DNA of 64,000 bases. Origin: a bacterium (GTDB lineage Bacteria > Zhuqueibacterota > Zhuqueibacteria > Residuimicrobiales > Krinioviventaceae). The DNA lies in assembly GCA_963693055.1 (NCBI GenBank), contig OY843751.1, positions 2,336,001 to 2,400,000 on the forward strand. The letters run 5' to 3'. The first letter of the stretch is position 1. Each line of letters begins with the position of its first letter. The translations under genes were made by a program, and so were the position numbers. Under the pieces are notes generated by a model. The model saw only the letters and a list, made by a program, of their open reading frames with translations, had not been told where the DNA came from and made no database searches. Shown one piece after another: positions 39,262 to 49,641 of the stretch.

Positions 39262-40215
39262 TTGTTATCAATATCTTTTCAACAAATTAAAGAATCATAC
39301 AAACGAATTCGTTCTTATATACATCATACCCCGGTAATGAGCTCATCCCAACTTGATTCAGAAACAGGGTGTTCTCTTTTTTTTAAATGTGAAAACCTGC
39401 AAAGAACCGGTGCGTTCAAAATACGTGGTGCCATGAATGCAGTGCTCCAGTTGAATGATAAAGAGCGAAAATGCGGCGTTACAACGCATTCATCCGGAAA
39501 TCATGCTGCTGCGTTGGCATTTGCAGCCAAAACATTTGATATACCTGCATATATGGTTATGCCCGATAATGCGCCAATTGTGAAACAACAGGCAGTAAAA
39601 GGTTATGGTGCTGAAATTATTCCATGTAAACCAACGATGGACGATCGCGAACGTATGCTCAATCACGTTGTCTGTGAAACAAGTGCTGCTGTTATTCCAT
39701 CATATAATGATCATCGAATAATATCCGGACAAGGAACAGCGGCTCTGGAATTCCTTGAGGAATATCCTGATTTGGATATGCTGCTTGCCCCGGTTGGTGG
39801 AGGAGGCTTGATCAGTGGTACGGCAATTGTGGGAAAGTCTGTAAATCCGAATTTAAGAGTGATAGGTGTTGAACCTTTATTAGCTGACGATGCAAAACGA
39901 TCATTAAAAGCAGGTAAAATTATTCCTTCCACTTATCCCAATACAATTGCTGATGGACTGCGTACATCATTGGGAGATATAACGTTTCCTATAATCCAGA
40001 ATTATGTGGATGAAATTACAACGGTAACAGAACAGGAAATTATTGATGCCATGTTTTTGATTTGGGAGCGAATGAAGATTATTATTGAACCTTCATCTGC
40101 TGTTCCTGTTGCAGCATTATTATTTCATGATATAAAACAAGCAGGAAAAAATGTTGGGGTTATTCTTAGTGGTGGTAATGTTGATTTAAAATCACTTCCC
40201 TGGATGAAAGCATAA
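39262..40215 (+). CDS. PLP-dependent serine racemase / threonine dehydratase family
   Basis: 'KCENLQRTGAFKIRGA', 'SSGNH', 'PVGGGGL' and 'SGGN' motifs. Confidence 0.9.
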   Translation: MLSISFQQIKESYKRIRSYIHHTPVMSSSQLDSETGCSLFFKCENLQRTGAFKIRGAMNAVLQLNDKERKCGVTTHSSGNHAAALAFAAKTFDIPAYMVMPDNAPIVKQQAVKGYGAEIIPCKPTMDDRERMLNHVVCETSAAVIPSYNDHRIISGQGTAALEFLEEYPDLDMLLAPVGGGGLISGTAIVGKSVNPNLRVIGVEPLLADDAKRSLKAGKIIPSTYPNTIADGLRTSLGDITFPIIQNYVDEITTVTEQEIIDAMFLIWERMKIIIEPSSAVPVAALLFHDIKQAGKNVGVILSGGNVDLKSLPWMKA

Positions 40216-40317
40216 ATTTGTTAACGCTAAAATTATGTTCAAGATCTGAAATATATTGTAACCTGATCTGTTTTTTTGCGTCTATATGCATGAATAATTA
40301 ATAGATTTAGGTGAAAC

Positions 40318-41523
40318 ATGGTTGCAGATACAGAAAACATAATAACGTATACGTTGAAAAATAACAATGACTCTTCTGTTTCTTTCTATCAGGATTTGTC
40401 AGGTTTTACGACCAGGTTTGAAGTTTATTTCAATGAAACATTTGGTCTGGTACTTGATGATTATTTGAATTTTTTAAATCTTCATCGTATCGAGACTTTG
40501 CGTGATCGTCGCGAATATATGTTTGACTGGCTTGCTTTTGGTGTTTTATGGCGTCAATATATATCAACTGCTGTGGGTGTGAATGCGGTTTCAACCCGCT
40601 TGTTAACCAATCTTTATTTCCTCAGAAGGAAATATAAAAAGTTTAAACCTGCTATTGACAGGGTACGTGGTATTTTATCTACTCTTTTGTTAACTCCCAA
40701 TACTACCAGGCATTTTTCAAATATCCCTTTGAAAATTTCTACAGTTCACAAGTTTATAAATTATTTAGACGCTACCGGGGAATTCCGTGAAGAAGTTAAG
40801 CGACTAAATGTTATATTAAAATTCTTGAAGCATGTTGGAGCAGAAAAAACAGAATCAATTATTGAAAAGACGATTGAATTTTCCGGGTGGTTCAAAGACG
40901 TTTCACAACAAGAATTTAATACTTGTACACCATTTGTAGAATCTTTTATTGCAACCCGGGCCCAATCTCATCGTTGGCAAGAAGACTATTTATTCTGTAG
41001 ACGGGGAAAGATTGAATATTTTTTGAATATGGTGGGCAGTGAACTGATGAACCGGGCATTTGCTTCAAATTTCCATCAGACCAACCAAAAAGCTGTATTG
41101 TTACCTGCTTGTATGCGTAAACATGCTAATGACGGTCAATGCAAAGCAAAACGGATAAGCCTGGATTATGTATGTTCCGGTTGTGATAAAGCTTGTAATA
41201 TTTATCAATATAGCCAAATGGGTAAGGAATACGGATTCAATGTACATATCATTCCGCATTCATCTGATTTTACAGCCTGGCTTGAAAATTTTGCAAAGGA
41301 CCGGCAGGTTGGTGTTGTTGGTGTAGCATGTTTATTAAATTTAATCACCGGCGGTTTGGAATTGAAATCTTTGAACATTCCTGCTCAATGTGTTTTTCTT
41401 GACTATTGCGGCTGTACAAATCATTGGCATGAATCCGGTATCGCAACGGATATTAATCCTAATCAATTATTAAAAGTACTTGATGTTTCCAGTAATATCC
41501 GGAAACTCGCGGCAGTTGCATGA
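40318..41523 (+). CDS. DUF116 domain protein
   Basis: C-terminal 'LLPACM', 'CSGC...C', 'VGVAC' motifs. Confidence 0.75.
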   Translation: MVADTENIITYTLKNNNDSSVSFYQDLSGFTTRFEVYFNETFGLVLDDYLNFLNLHRIETLRDRREYMFDWLAFGVLWRQYISTAVGVNAVSTRLLTNLYFLRRKYKKFKPAIDRVRGILSTLLLTPNTTRHFSNIPLKISTVHKFINYLDATGEFREEVKRLNVILKFLKHVGAEKTESIIEKTIEFSGWFKDVSQQEFNTCTPFVESFIATRAQSHRWQEDYLFCRRGKIEYFLNMVGSELMNRAFASNFHQTNQKAVLLPACMRKHANDGQCKAKRISLDYVCSGCDKACNIYQYSQMGKEYGFNVHIIPHSSDFTAWLENFAKDRQVGVVGVACLLNLITGGLELKSLNIPAQCVFLDYCGCTNHWHESGIATDINPNQLLKVLDVSSNIRKLAAVA

Positions 41524-41671
41524 GTGTATAGACAGCCCCCCCATATTTCATTATCATCCTATTAAAAATTTCTATTTTCTATTAGAATTTTTCCATTTCT
41601 GGTTTTTTATTTGCTTTATTGCTATATATTTGCTTTATTCGAATACATTATATTAAACTAGTTTTGTATTT

Positions 41672-42712
41672 ATGATTATGGAGCATTGTATGCGAATTTT
41701 TGTCAAAGTAAATATTCTCATCTTGATTTTTTTATCCGTTTTGTTTGCGCAAACAGATTTCAATATTACCCATGTTGAAGCCGTGCATTTAACAGAATAT
41801 CAACTCAAGCGAATAGATAAACAAATAGACTTGTTTGCTACAGAGGTTACTCGAGGCTCATCTGATCAGGACCCTGCCCTTATAGTTGTTGGACATGATG
41901 GAGCAGATGGATTTCGTGCTGTGATTAATGCCAGAACAGCCAGAGTCATGGAGATATATAAAAATGGAACTGTTTTTTATACCTGGCCAGGAATAAAAGT
42001 TGTGGGGCATAGAGGCAATGTCAAGCATACTCCTGAAAACACAATCCCGGCTTTTGTAAAAGCTATCGAGTTGGGTGTAGATTTAATTGAAATGGATGTT
42101 CGCCAAACAAAGGATGGAGAGCTGGTAATCCTTCATGATATTACTGTTAATCGTACAACTGATGGTCATGGTAATGTATTTGATATGACCTTGTCTGAAA
42201 TCAAAAAACTGGATGCCGGTTCATGGTTTGGTGACGAATTTAAAGGTACGCGTATACCTACACTCAAAGAAGCCCTGGATACTATAAAGGACAAAGCACT
42301 CCCGGATATTGATTTCAAAGGTGGTGACCCGCAAATACTGGTTGAGTTATTGCGTAACGAAGGTTTATTGGGCAAAATAACCATGTATTGCGGCAACTGG
42401 AATTTAATGAAAGAAACATTACAGATTGATAATGGTTTTATGGTGCGTCCTTCTGTACCGGTGGGATTCGCTGGTTTACCTACAGTGTTAGACAAGGTTA
42501 ATCCACCCATTATAAATATTGACTGGATGCAGTTTTCGGAACGCCTGGTACGAGATGTACATTTGAGTGGCAGGGCTTCTTTTGTAAACGCCATGTCTCA
42601 TGATAATGCGTTTGGTATTGGGGCAATGGTAAACACTATGCCGGATTATATTCAAACAGATGAAATGGAAATTTTAATGCCCTTGTTGCGGGCCAAAGGA
42701 TATCATAAATAA
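41672..42712 (+). CDS. Secreted glycerophosphodiester phosphodiesterase
   Basis: 'GHRG....PENT..AF', 'EMDVRQTKDG', 'HD...NRTT'; true start possibly 41690. Confidence 0.9.
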   Translation: MIMEHCMRIFVKVNILILIFLSVLFAQTDFNITHVEAVHLTEYQLKRIDKQIDLFATEVTRGSSDQDPALIVVGHDGADGFRAVINARTARVMEIYKNGTVFYTWPGIKVVGHRGNVKHTPENTIPAFVKAIELGVDLIEMDVRQTKDGELVILHDITVNRTTDGHGNVFDMTLSEIKKLDAGSWFGDEFKGTRIPTLKEALDTIKDKALPDIDFKGGDPQILVELLRNEGLLGKITMYCGNWNLMKETLQIDNGFMVRPSVPVGFAGLPTVLDKVNPPIINIDWMQFSERLVRDVHLSGRASFVNAMSHDNAFGIGAMVNTMPDYIQTDEMEILMPLLRAKGYHK

Positions 42713-42733
42713 ATGGAAGCGTAGGGCAACGTT

Positions 42734-44533
42734 ATGAAAAAGGCTTTTATAAGAATCATTTTTTTATTAGCAGGTTTAAATGTTATGGTTTATTCTCAAA
42801 TAGAGTTTTATGGTGAATTTTCAAAACGTATTGAACTTGTTGAAAAACGCCTAAACAATGATTCTCCATATGAGCTGGATCTGGTTGTGCAGGATGTAGC
42901 TCGTGTCCCTGAAAACAAACGCAGATTTGAAGAATACGAGGGTGATATTTCTGGACGAATTTTAGGTGCCTGGAGCAGCATGGCCCGCATAACCGATGAA
43001 CGTCCGACAAAACTGGACTCTATTGCGGAACGTGTTTTACAATATCAGCATCCCGAAGGCTATTTCGGTATCAATCAGAAAATCATTGGCTGGGACTATT
43101 GGGGCAGGCAGATTTTTGGACATGGTCGTTTATTGCTTGGGCTTGTTGAATATTATAAACTTTCTGGCGATGAAAGGTTTTTAGAATCTGCTAAAAAATT
43201 GGGTGCCTATCTGGTTAAAGCTGTACCAGAATTAACAACAACTCACGAAGGAAATCCCTGGACCGATACCCGGCGCACAGTTGACTGGTCAAACTCTGAT
43301 TCAAATCGTCGACACTTTGTCAAGACTCACCAAACCAGTATTCTTGAAGGTCTGGTTTCGTTATACAAAATTGCTCCTGATCCTGATCTGTTAAAAACGG
43401 CTGAATATTTAGTATCATTGTTCCCCGAGTTTGGTACCTATCATTCCCATTCATATATGAATACCATGGTGGGTATGGTTATGCTGTATCAGGTAAATCA
43501 GGACCATGAATTACTGCACAAAATATTGGATATCTATTGGCAAAAAATTCTGCCAAAGGGAATTCGGATGGATGGTGCGGTTTGTGAATTTTTTCCTGAT
43601 GATGAGCGTACCGAAGGATGTTCTTTGACAGACTGGGTTCGATTAAATTTATACCTGTGGGATGTGACTCATGAAGCGGTATATCTGGACCAGGTGGAAC
43701 AGTGCTGGCTGAATTCACTATACTATCATCAAACGGCCAACGGCGCGTTTGGTCATGCTTTTCTTACTCATGAAGGCTATGGTGATCGGTATTCTGAATC
43801 CTGGTGGTGCTGTTTGATGCATGGATTATATGCTTTTGCGGATATTGCAGAACGATGTGTTGTTCGAGATAACGAGACATTGTATATTAATTTTTATACA
43901 TCTTTGGATCTCAAATCCACTGATACAATAATGGATGAAATTAAAATAGAGACAGAGTATCCGGAAAAAGGAAAGGTCAAGATTGAATTGTCAGCTTTAA
44001 CCAATAATCGGTCTGTATGTAAAGTGCGGATTCCTGACTGGGTTGAAGATTATAATATTTCAGTGAATGGTAAAGCAGTTGATGCTAAAAGAGATAACGG
44101 ATATCTGGTCTTGAATGGTGAATGGAACACAAATGATATCATAGAGCTGTCATTTGAAAATGGACTGCGCTTTGTTGATGGAGCCGGTAATAATATCCAG
44201 GACCGGCGTTCAATTGATGAGATAACAGAACCGGTTTACTTTTTTCATGGCCCCATGTTATTGATGATAGATAATAATATAAACAATCAATTCCCCAACT
44301 ATATCAATTTAGATATCAAGAAAGCATATACTGAACATAAAAACCATGAACCTCAATACACATTCCCTGCTGCAAACAAGAGTGGAGAATTTAAAGTTGT
44401 AATGGTACCTTTGAAAGATGAAACCTGGAACGACAAGTGGACTGACGAGTGGAAGAATTTTATTCGAAATGGTGAAACACCCATTAAAAGACATGATATT
44501 AAAATTAAACAAAAGATTAAAAAAGTGGAGTAA
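42734..44533 (+). CDS. GH127/GH146-like beta-L-arabinofuranosidase-family protein
   Basis: Signal peptide; 'TEGCS', 'WWCC', 'RIPDW' and 'GPM' motifs. Confidence 0.75.
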   Translation: MKKAFIRIIFLLAGLNVMVYSQIEFYGEFSKRIELVEKRLNNDSPYELDLVVQDVARVPENKRRFEEYEGDISGRILGAWSSMARITDERPTKLDSIAERVLQYQHPEGYFGINQKIIGWDYWGRQIFGHGRLLLGLVEYYKLSGDERFLESAKKLGAYLVKAVPELTTTHEGNPWTDTRRTVDWSNSDSNRRHFVKTHQTSILEGLVSLYKIAPDPDLLKTAEYLVSLFPEFGTYHSHSYMNTMVGMVMLYQVNQDHELLHKILDIYWQKILPKGIRMDGAVCEFFPDDERTEGCSLTDWVRLNLYLWDVTHEAVYLDQVEQCWLNSLYYHQTANGAFGHAFLTHEGYGDRYSESWWCCLMHGLYAFADIAERCVVRDNETLYINFYTSLDLKSTDTIMDEIKIETEYPEKGKVKIELSALTNNRSVCKVRIPDWVEDYNISVNGKAVDAKRDNGYLVLNGEWNTNDIIELSFENGLRFVDGAGNNIQDRRSIDEITEPVYFFHGPMLLMIDNNINNQFPNYINLDIKKAYTEHKNHEPQYTFPAANKSGEFKVVMVPLKDETWNDKWTDEWKNFIRNGETPIKRHDIKIKQKIKKVE

Positions 44534-44550
44534 TTTATACTCCACTTTTT
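44521..44550. terminator. Bidirectional terminator
   Basis: AAAAGTGGAGTA-ATTTA-TACTCCACTTTT between convergent genes. Confidence 0.8.
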
Positions 44551-44556
44551 ACAATA

Positions 44557-45426
44557 TTATTGTTTGGGTATCCATGAATCAACAACTTGCATATTGTTGT
44601 TCATCCATTCACGTGCAACGGTTTCAACATCTTGATTAGATTCCTGGATTTTGACCATAAGATCAGAAAGTTGTGCGTCAGTAAATGAAAGGTTCTTTAA
44701 GAAATTAAAGAGCTCAGGTTTATCTTGCTCAAGGGTTTTGCGTCCCATAATGTGAATATTGCCTTTTTTCCACATCATTTTATCTTCATCTTGTTTAAGG
44801 AATTTAAGATCCCAGCGACCAAATTTCCAATGTGGTTTCCAACCCGTTACAACAATCCATTCCTTGTTGTCAATGGCTTCTTTGAGTGCTGCTGCCATTG
44901 CCGGGCCGCTTGAAGAAAGCAATTTAAAGTCGAGATTATACAGATCAATCAACTCTTCTGTAGTTTTCATGATTCCCGCACCGGCATCAATTCCAGTAAT
45001 TTGACCATTGAATTTTGCCTTGTTGGCATTCATTTCTGATATTTTATCAATCGTGACATAGGTGGGCACAACCAAACCGCTCTGTGTACCTTCATAAACA
45101 TGTCCCAGATCTACAATGTCATTTTTAAATTTTTCTACATAGTCTTTGTGCAGAACCGGCAGCCAGGTTTCCATAAACGCATCCTGGTCGCCTTGTGCTA
45201 CTGAAGTATAAGCAGGTCCCACATCTGCAGCTGTTAATTTAACAGTATAACCCATTTTATCTTCAAGTACCACTTTTGCCAGGTTGGTATAAGCAATACC
45301 TTCTGCCCAATTTACATAAACAAGATTTGCAGTTTTACCTGATTCGGTACTTTTTGAACATCCTGTAAATCCTGCCGTAAATATTATTGCAGCAAGAAAG
45401 AGTATTATTGTTTTTTTAATATTCAT
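44557..45426 (-). CDS. proX: Glycine betaine ABC substrate-binding lipoprotein (OpuAC/ProX)
   Basis: Lipobox 'FTGC'; 'NWAEG', 'WLP.LH', 'GIDAGAG', 'GWKPHW'. Confidence 0.9.
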   Translation of the reverse strand: MNIKKTIILFLAAIIFTAGFTGCSKSTESGKTANLVYVNWAEGIAYTNLAKVVLEDKMGYTVKLTAADVGPAYTSVAQGDQDAFMETWLPVLHKDYVEKFKNDIVDLGHVYEGTQSGLVVPTYVTIDKISEMNANKAKFNGQITGIDAGAGIMKTTEELIDLYNLDFKLLSSSGPAMAAALKEAIDNKEWIVVTGWKPHWKFGRWDLKFLKQDEDKMMWKKGNIHIMGRKTLEQDKPELFNFLKNLSFTDAQLSDLMVKIQESNQDVETVAREWMNNNMQVVDSWIPKQ

Positions 45427-45428
45427 TA

Positions 45429-46268
45429 TTAACTCCTTTTCGTTTGTTGTGTCTTTGAGCCCAAAGCATGAGTGACTCTATCTAAAAATATTGCTAAAAT
45501 GACAATTGAAATTCCGCTTTCAAAACCCAAACCAATATTGAGTTGTGTAATACCTTTTAATACTTCGTTACCCAAGCCACCAGCCCCAATCATACCAGCT
45601 ATAACCACCATAGATAAGGCCAGCATAATGGTTTGGTTAACGCCTGCCAGTATAGTTGGCAGTGCCACCGGCAACTCTGCTTTGAATAGTATTTGGTTTG
45701 GAGTAGAGCCAAAAGACTTGGCAGCTTCTTTTATCTCATGAGGAACTTGACGTATGCCAAGGTTCGTCAAGCGTACCGCAGGCGGCATAGAGAAAATTAA
45801 TGTAGCTACAACACCTGGTACCTCACCCAGTTTGAAGAATAATACAGATGGAATCAGGTATACAAACGCTGGTAGTGTTTGCATAAAATCCAATATGGGA
45901 CGTACAATACTTTCAACCAGATCGCTTTTAGATGACCAAATACCCAAGGGTATAGCAATGACAAGAGCAATGATTACTGATGTAATAACCAGGCTCAGGG
46001 TTTGCATTGTTGGTTCCCAAAACCCCATGGTATAGATAATAAACATTCCAATGAATGTGAAAATGGCTATACCTCGTTTTGCTGTAACCCAGGCAATAGC
46101 ACTAAAGATAACTATAACCAGAATGGGATGCAGAAAGAGTAGAACATTGGTAAATGTATTCAATATTGTTGAAATGGTTAATCCCATTCCATCAAATACA
46201 GGTTCAAAATTATTAGTTAACCAGTTGATTACATGCTCAAAAGTTTCACCAATTTTTAAATCTATCAT
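45429..46268 (-). CDS. proW: Glycine betaine ABC permease (OpuAB/ProW)
   Basis: 'LDFMQTLPAFVYLIP', 'EAA..FG', 'NQTIMLALSMVV' motifs. Confidence 0.92.
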   Translation of the reverse strand: MIDLKIGETFEHVINWLTNNFEPVFDGMGLTISTILNTFTNVLLFLHPILVIVIFSAIAWVTAKRGIAIFTFIGMFIIYTMGFWEPTMQTLSLVITSVIIALVIAIPLGIWSSKSDLVESIVRPILDFMQTLPAFVYLIPSVLFFKLGEVPGVVATLIFSMPPAVRLTNLGIRQVPHEIKEAAKSFGSTPNQILFKAELPVALPTILAGVNQTIMLALSMVVIAGMIGAGGLGNEVLKGITQLNIGLGFESGISIVILAIFLDRVTHALGSKTQQTKRS

Positions 46269-46295
46269 TTTATTAACTCCTGTGACAATTTTAAA

Positions 46296-47522
46296 TTATG
46301 CAGAATACTCGTTCAAAGAGACCGGAGTAATAGATTCAGCGCTTTCACCACCGACTTCTGCAATAATTGATGCCTGGTCAACCACTCCTAAAAGTTTTTT
46401 ATTTTCATCTATTACTGCAAGTGGATAGTTGGCCACAAGTGCAGTTGGAAGCAAATCTGCAATAGATGTGTCTGGTGTTGTTAAATAGATATCTTCAACA
46501 AGTTCAGCTTCAACAGATTTTTCTTTATTTTGTTGCAATTTTACCATGTCTTTTACATGTACAATACCTTTTAAAATGCGGTCTGAATCAACTGCAAACA
46601 AGGTTGATTGTCCATGTTTGTCCATTGTCCTCACTGCCACACCAGGGCCATCTTTGGGAATTGTTATGGTATATGGCTTTCTCATAATTGCCGATGCTGT
46701 AATAACTTTGGTACGATCAACATTTAACAAAAATGCTTTTACATAATCATCTTTGGGCTCAGTCAATATTTCTTCCGGGGTACCAATCTGAATGATTTTT
46801 CCACCGTTACCCATAATTGCAATACGATCACCCAATTTTAAAGCCTCATCAAGATCATGAGTAATAAAAACAATCGTTTTATGCATCTTGGCCTGTAATT
46901 CAAGCAATTCATCTTGCATTTGCGTCCTAATAAGAGGATCAAGTGCGCTAAATGCTTCATCCATCAATAATATTTCCGGATCATTTGCTAAAGCTCTGGC
47001 CAAGCCTACTCGTTGCTGCATACCACCACTCAGTTCATTGATCATGCTCTCTTCATATCCTTCAAGACCAACCAGTTTAATTGCCTCAACGGCTTTTTGA
47101 GCACGTAAAGATTTTTCAATACCCGAAATTTCTAATCCATATTCAACATTATGTTGAACAGTGCGATGTGGTAATAGTCCAAAATGTTGAAAAACCATAG
47201 ACATTTTTGTTCTGCGAACCTCGCGCAATTCTTCTTTATTCATTTTAACGATATCGTTACCATCTATTGATACAGTGCCCCGGGTGGGATCAATTAATCT
47301 GTTTAAACAACGTATTACGGTTGATTTTCCACTACCCGAGAGCCCCATAATTACAAAAATTTCTTTTCTTTCTATCGAAAAAGAAGCATTGTCAATTGCT
47401 ACTGTGTTTCCTGTTTTTTTTAATATTTCTTTCTTTGAAAGGCCTTTCTCTAATAGGGGAAAGGCCTTTTCGGGCTTTTGTCCAAAAATTTTATAAAGAT
47501 TTTTAACTTCAATTACACTCAT
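46296..47522 (-). CDS. proV: Glycine betaine ABC ATPase with CBS domains (OpuAA/ProV)
   Basis: 'GLSGSGKS', 'LSGGMQQR', 'DEAFSALDPLIR'; C-terminal CBS pair. Confidence 0.93.
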   Translation of the reverse strand: MSVIEVKNLYKIFGQKPEKAFPLLEKGLSKKEILKKTGNTVAIDNASFSIERKEIFVIMGLSGSGKSTVIRCLNRLIDPTRGTVSIDGNDIVKMNKEELREVRRTKMSMVFQHFGLLPHRTVQHNVEYGLEISGIEKSLRAQKAVEAIKLVGLEGYEESMINELSGGMQQRVGLARALANDPEILLMDEAFSALDPLIRTQMQDELLELQAKMHKTIVFITHDLDEALKLGDRIAIMGNGGKIIQIGTPEEILTEPKDDYVKAFLLNVDRTKVITASAIMRKPYTITIPKDGPGVAVRTMDKHGQSTLFAVDSDRILKGIVHVKDMVKLQQNKEKSVEAELVEDIYLTTPDTSIADLLPTALVANYPLAVIDENKKLLGVVDQASIIAEVGGESAESITPVSLNEYSA

Positions 47523-47553
47523 GGATCAATTCCTTTCTCATCAATAATGGATA

Positions 47554-48720
47554 CTAGAAATAGTATCCAAAATTTATATTGTATCTAATATTCCAATCTG
47601 CTTCGCTGTCACCTATGCCCAGGCCTTTACCAAAATTTTGGGTGATCCAGGGTTGATTTTTGCCCATGGCAACATCAAAATAGGTATATACTCCTCCGGC
47701 AACTGTAAGAAAGCCTAATATATTTTGTTGAGTATCTGTAAAGGAAGAGACTGTTTTATCTGTCAATGTATAGTCATTATAGAATTGTATACTGGATATC
47801 GGTCCCAGGCTAACAGGTACTGTATATGCAAGACCCAGAGTATATACCATTGCTTCAGCAGCAACAGCGTATGTTCCTGAACCATATGCACCCATTTGTA
47901 CAACATCCAGTTCTGTACCCAGATCATTTTTAACATCATGGTTATAATAAATGGCGTGTACCTTGGCGTTTAAGTTACCAACATTCGCATCAATGTGACC
48001 GGCAACAGCCTTATGGCTGCCTGATTTATTTAAAACAGAATTGAAGATTTGTCCATATTGTACAGATAAACCTACTTCTGAATTGCTGAATTTGTAAGCT
48101 GCTCTTGCATTGATTTGGTTTCTTTCCTGATTATGCTCACCTTCCACAGGAATGATATCGTATGAATAACGTCCTGAACCACCAACGCCATAAGAGACAT
48201 CACCTGGTGCCGGGCCAGCTGGTTCAGGTTGGAAATAATATGCTAATGCAAAATCCCAATTGTCTTTCTTATGCAGAAACTTTAATCCCATATCATAATC
48301 ATCTTCAAGTCCCATATAATAGGCACCCGAAAACCACCAACTGTGAGAAGCATAGGCTTGATCTCCAAAGGGAACCTGTGATACACCCAACTGGACCTGA
48401 GTCTGTTCAGTTATATCATAACCAAACCATCCATGGTGAATAAAATGCGTATCAAAAGTGGGATAGAAGCGATATTCAAAGCTCAAGATTATACCCGCAG
48501 AATTTTTTCCATCAATGTTTATTCTCCAGGTGTCCCAGGTAAACTGGCCATCATTTGTTGTAATATTGTCATCTTCATAATCCTGTAACATGAGATTGTA
48601 CCTAACAGCACCACCAAATTTTATTTCTGAATCAGCAGCATATATAACAGAAAAATTAGACATAATAAATATTATCAATAAAACACAATATACTCTTTTA
48701 TACATGTTTCCAAGTATCAC
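47554..48720 (-). CDS. Outer-membrane porin-like beta-barrel
   Basis: Signal peptide, 'GGAVRYN', C-terminal 'NINFGYYF'; first gene of the betaine operon. Confidence 0.75.
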   Translation of the reverse strand: MILGNMYKRVYCVLLIIFIMSNFSVIYAADSEIKFGGAVRYNLMLQDYEDDNITTNDGQFTWDTWRINIDGKNSAGIILSFEYRFYPTFDTHFIHHGWFGYDITEQTQVQLGVSQVPFGDQAYASHSWWFSGAYYMGLEDDYDMGLKFLHKKDNWDFALAYYFQPEPAGPAPGDVSYGVGGSGRYSYDIIPVEGEHNQERNQINARAAYKFSNSEVGLSVQYGQIFNSVLNKSGSHKAVAGHIDANVGNLNAKVHAIYYNHDVKNDLGTELDVVQMGAYGSGTYAVAAEAMVYTLGLAYTVPVSLGPISSIQFYNDYTLTDKTVSSFTDTQQNILGFLTVAGGVYTYFDVAMGKNQPWITQNFGKGLGIGDSEADWNIRYNINFGYYF

Positions 48721-49118
48721 ATTAACTCCTTTTGTAAATAATAATAGATATATAGAATGGCATTACATTCTAAAATGAAATGAAAGATTTAAAAATATGA
48801 GTGTGAATTGAAAAGTGAGAGATTAAGGATTTGTGGGAGTAAAATCCTGAAAATAAAATAATCGAACAACTTTTAATAATTTATAAAACTTCATATTATA
48901 AGATATTAAAATTCTACGGAATAACAAGGGTTTTATGTTTTTTTCTTTACTTATGCTAAAGATGCTCAAGTATTGTGAAATATAAAAATGATATTTAATG
49001 TATTTATTTTGGCATCCTATTCTCATCAGGAATTTAACCTGCAAGCTGTATGTTTCTGATGTTTATTATTTGTATTCCATTAAATACCTAATAATTATTT
49101 CCATCAAGGAGTAGGAAT

Positions 49119-49502
49119 ATGAGCACAACCATTATTGGAAAAATTGGCTGGATTGATCTTACAGTTAAAAATGCAGATAAAATTAAAGATTTTTACCAGG
49201 CTGTAACAGGTTGGGATACCATTGGTTATCCTATGAATGGGTATGAAGATTTTGTAATGAAGATTCCAGAAACAGGCGATGCGGTTGCAGGCATTTGTCA
49301 TCCCATGGGTGCCAATTCTGATCTGCCTCCTGTATGGATTATTTATATTCATGTTGAAAATTTGGAAAAAAGCATTGAAAGCTGCCGCGAAATGGGAGGG
49401 ACGACATTATCTGACATAAAAAAGATGGGAGACGAGGGACGTTATTGCTTTATTAAAGATCCTGCCGGTACCGTATCCGCATTATACCAATCCAACAGTT
49501 AA
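49119..49502 (+). CDS. VOC/glyoxalase family protein
   Basis: 'W.DLTV', 'FY..V.GW', 'W..YI.V' and 'IKDPAG' motifs. Confidence 0.88.
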   Translation: MSTTIIGKIGWIDLTVKNADKIKDFYQAVTGWDTIGYPMNGYEDFVMKIPETGDAVAGICHPMGANSDLPPVWIIYIHVENLEKSIESCREMGGTTLSDIKKMGDEGRYCFIKDPAGTVSALYQSNS

Positions 49503-49641
49503 TAGTATACTTGCAGTATTTTACGACAATTGTTTGTTTTCTTATTTCATGTTGAAACAACATAACTTTTAAAACATACAATTTTTAGAAATGTTTCGGT
49601 TGTAGGAACTGTTATTTTTCCCATTAAAGGAGGATACAGTC

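Noticed and set aside
41608-41639. 13-bp direct repeat TATTTGCTTTATT upstream of the GDPD gene
   Set aside because: It is low complexity and AT-rich; it could be a regulator site but cannot be distinguished from chance.
48721-49118. Possible osmo-responsive (c-di-AMP) riboswitch or small ORF upstream of the porin-proVWX operon
   Set aside because: The region is very AT-rich with no GC stems or recognisable riboswitch motif; ORF 48823-49044 looks spurious.
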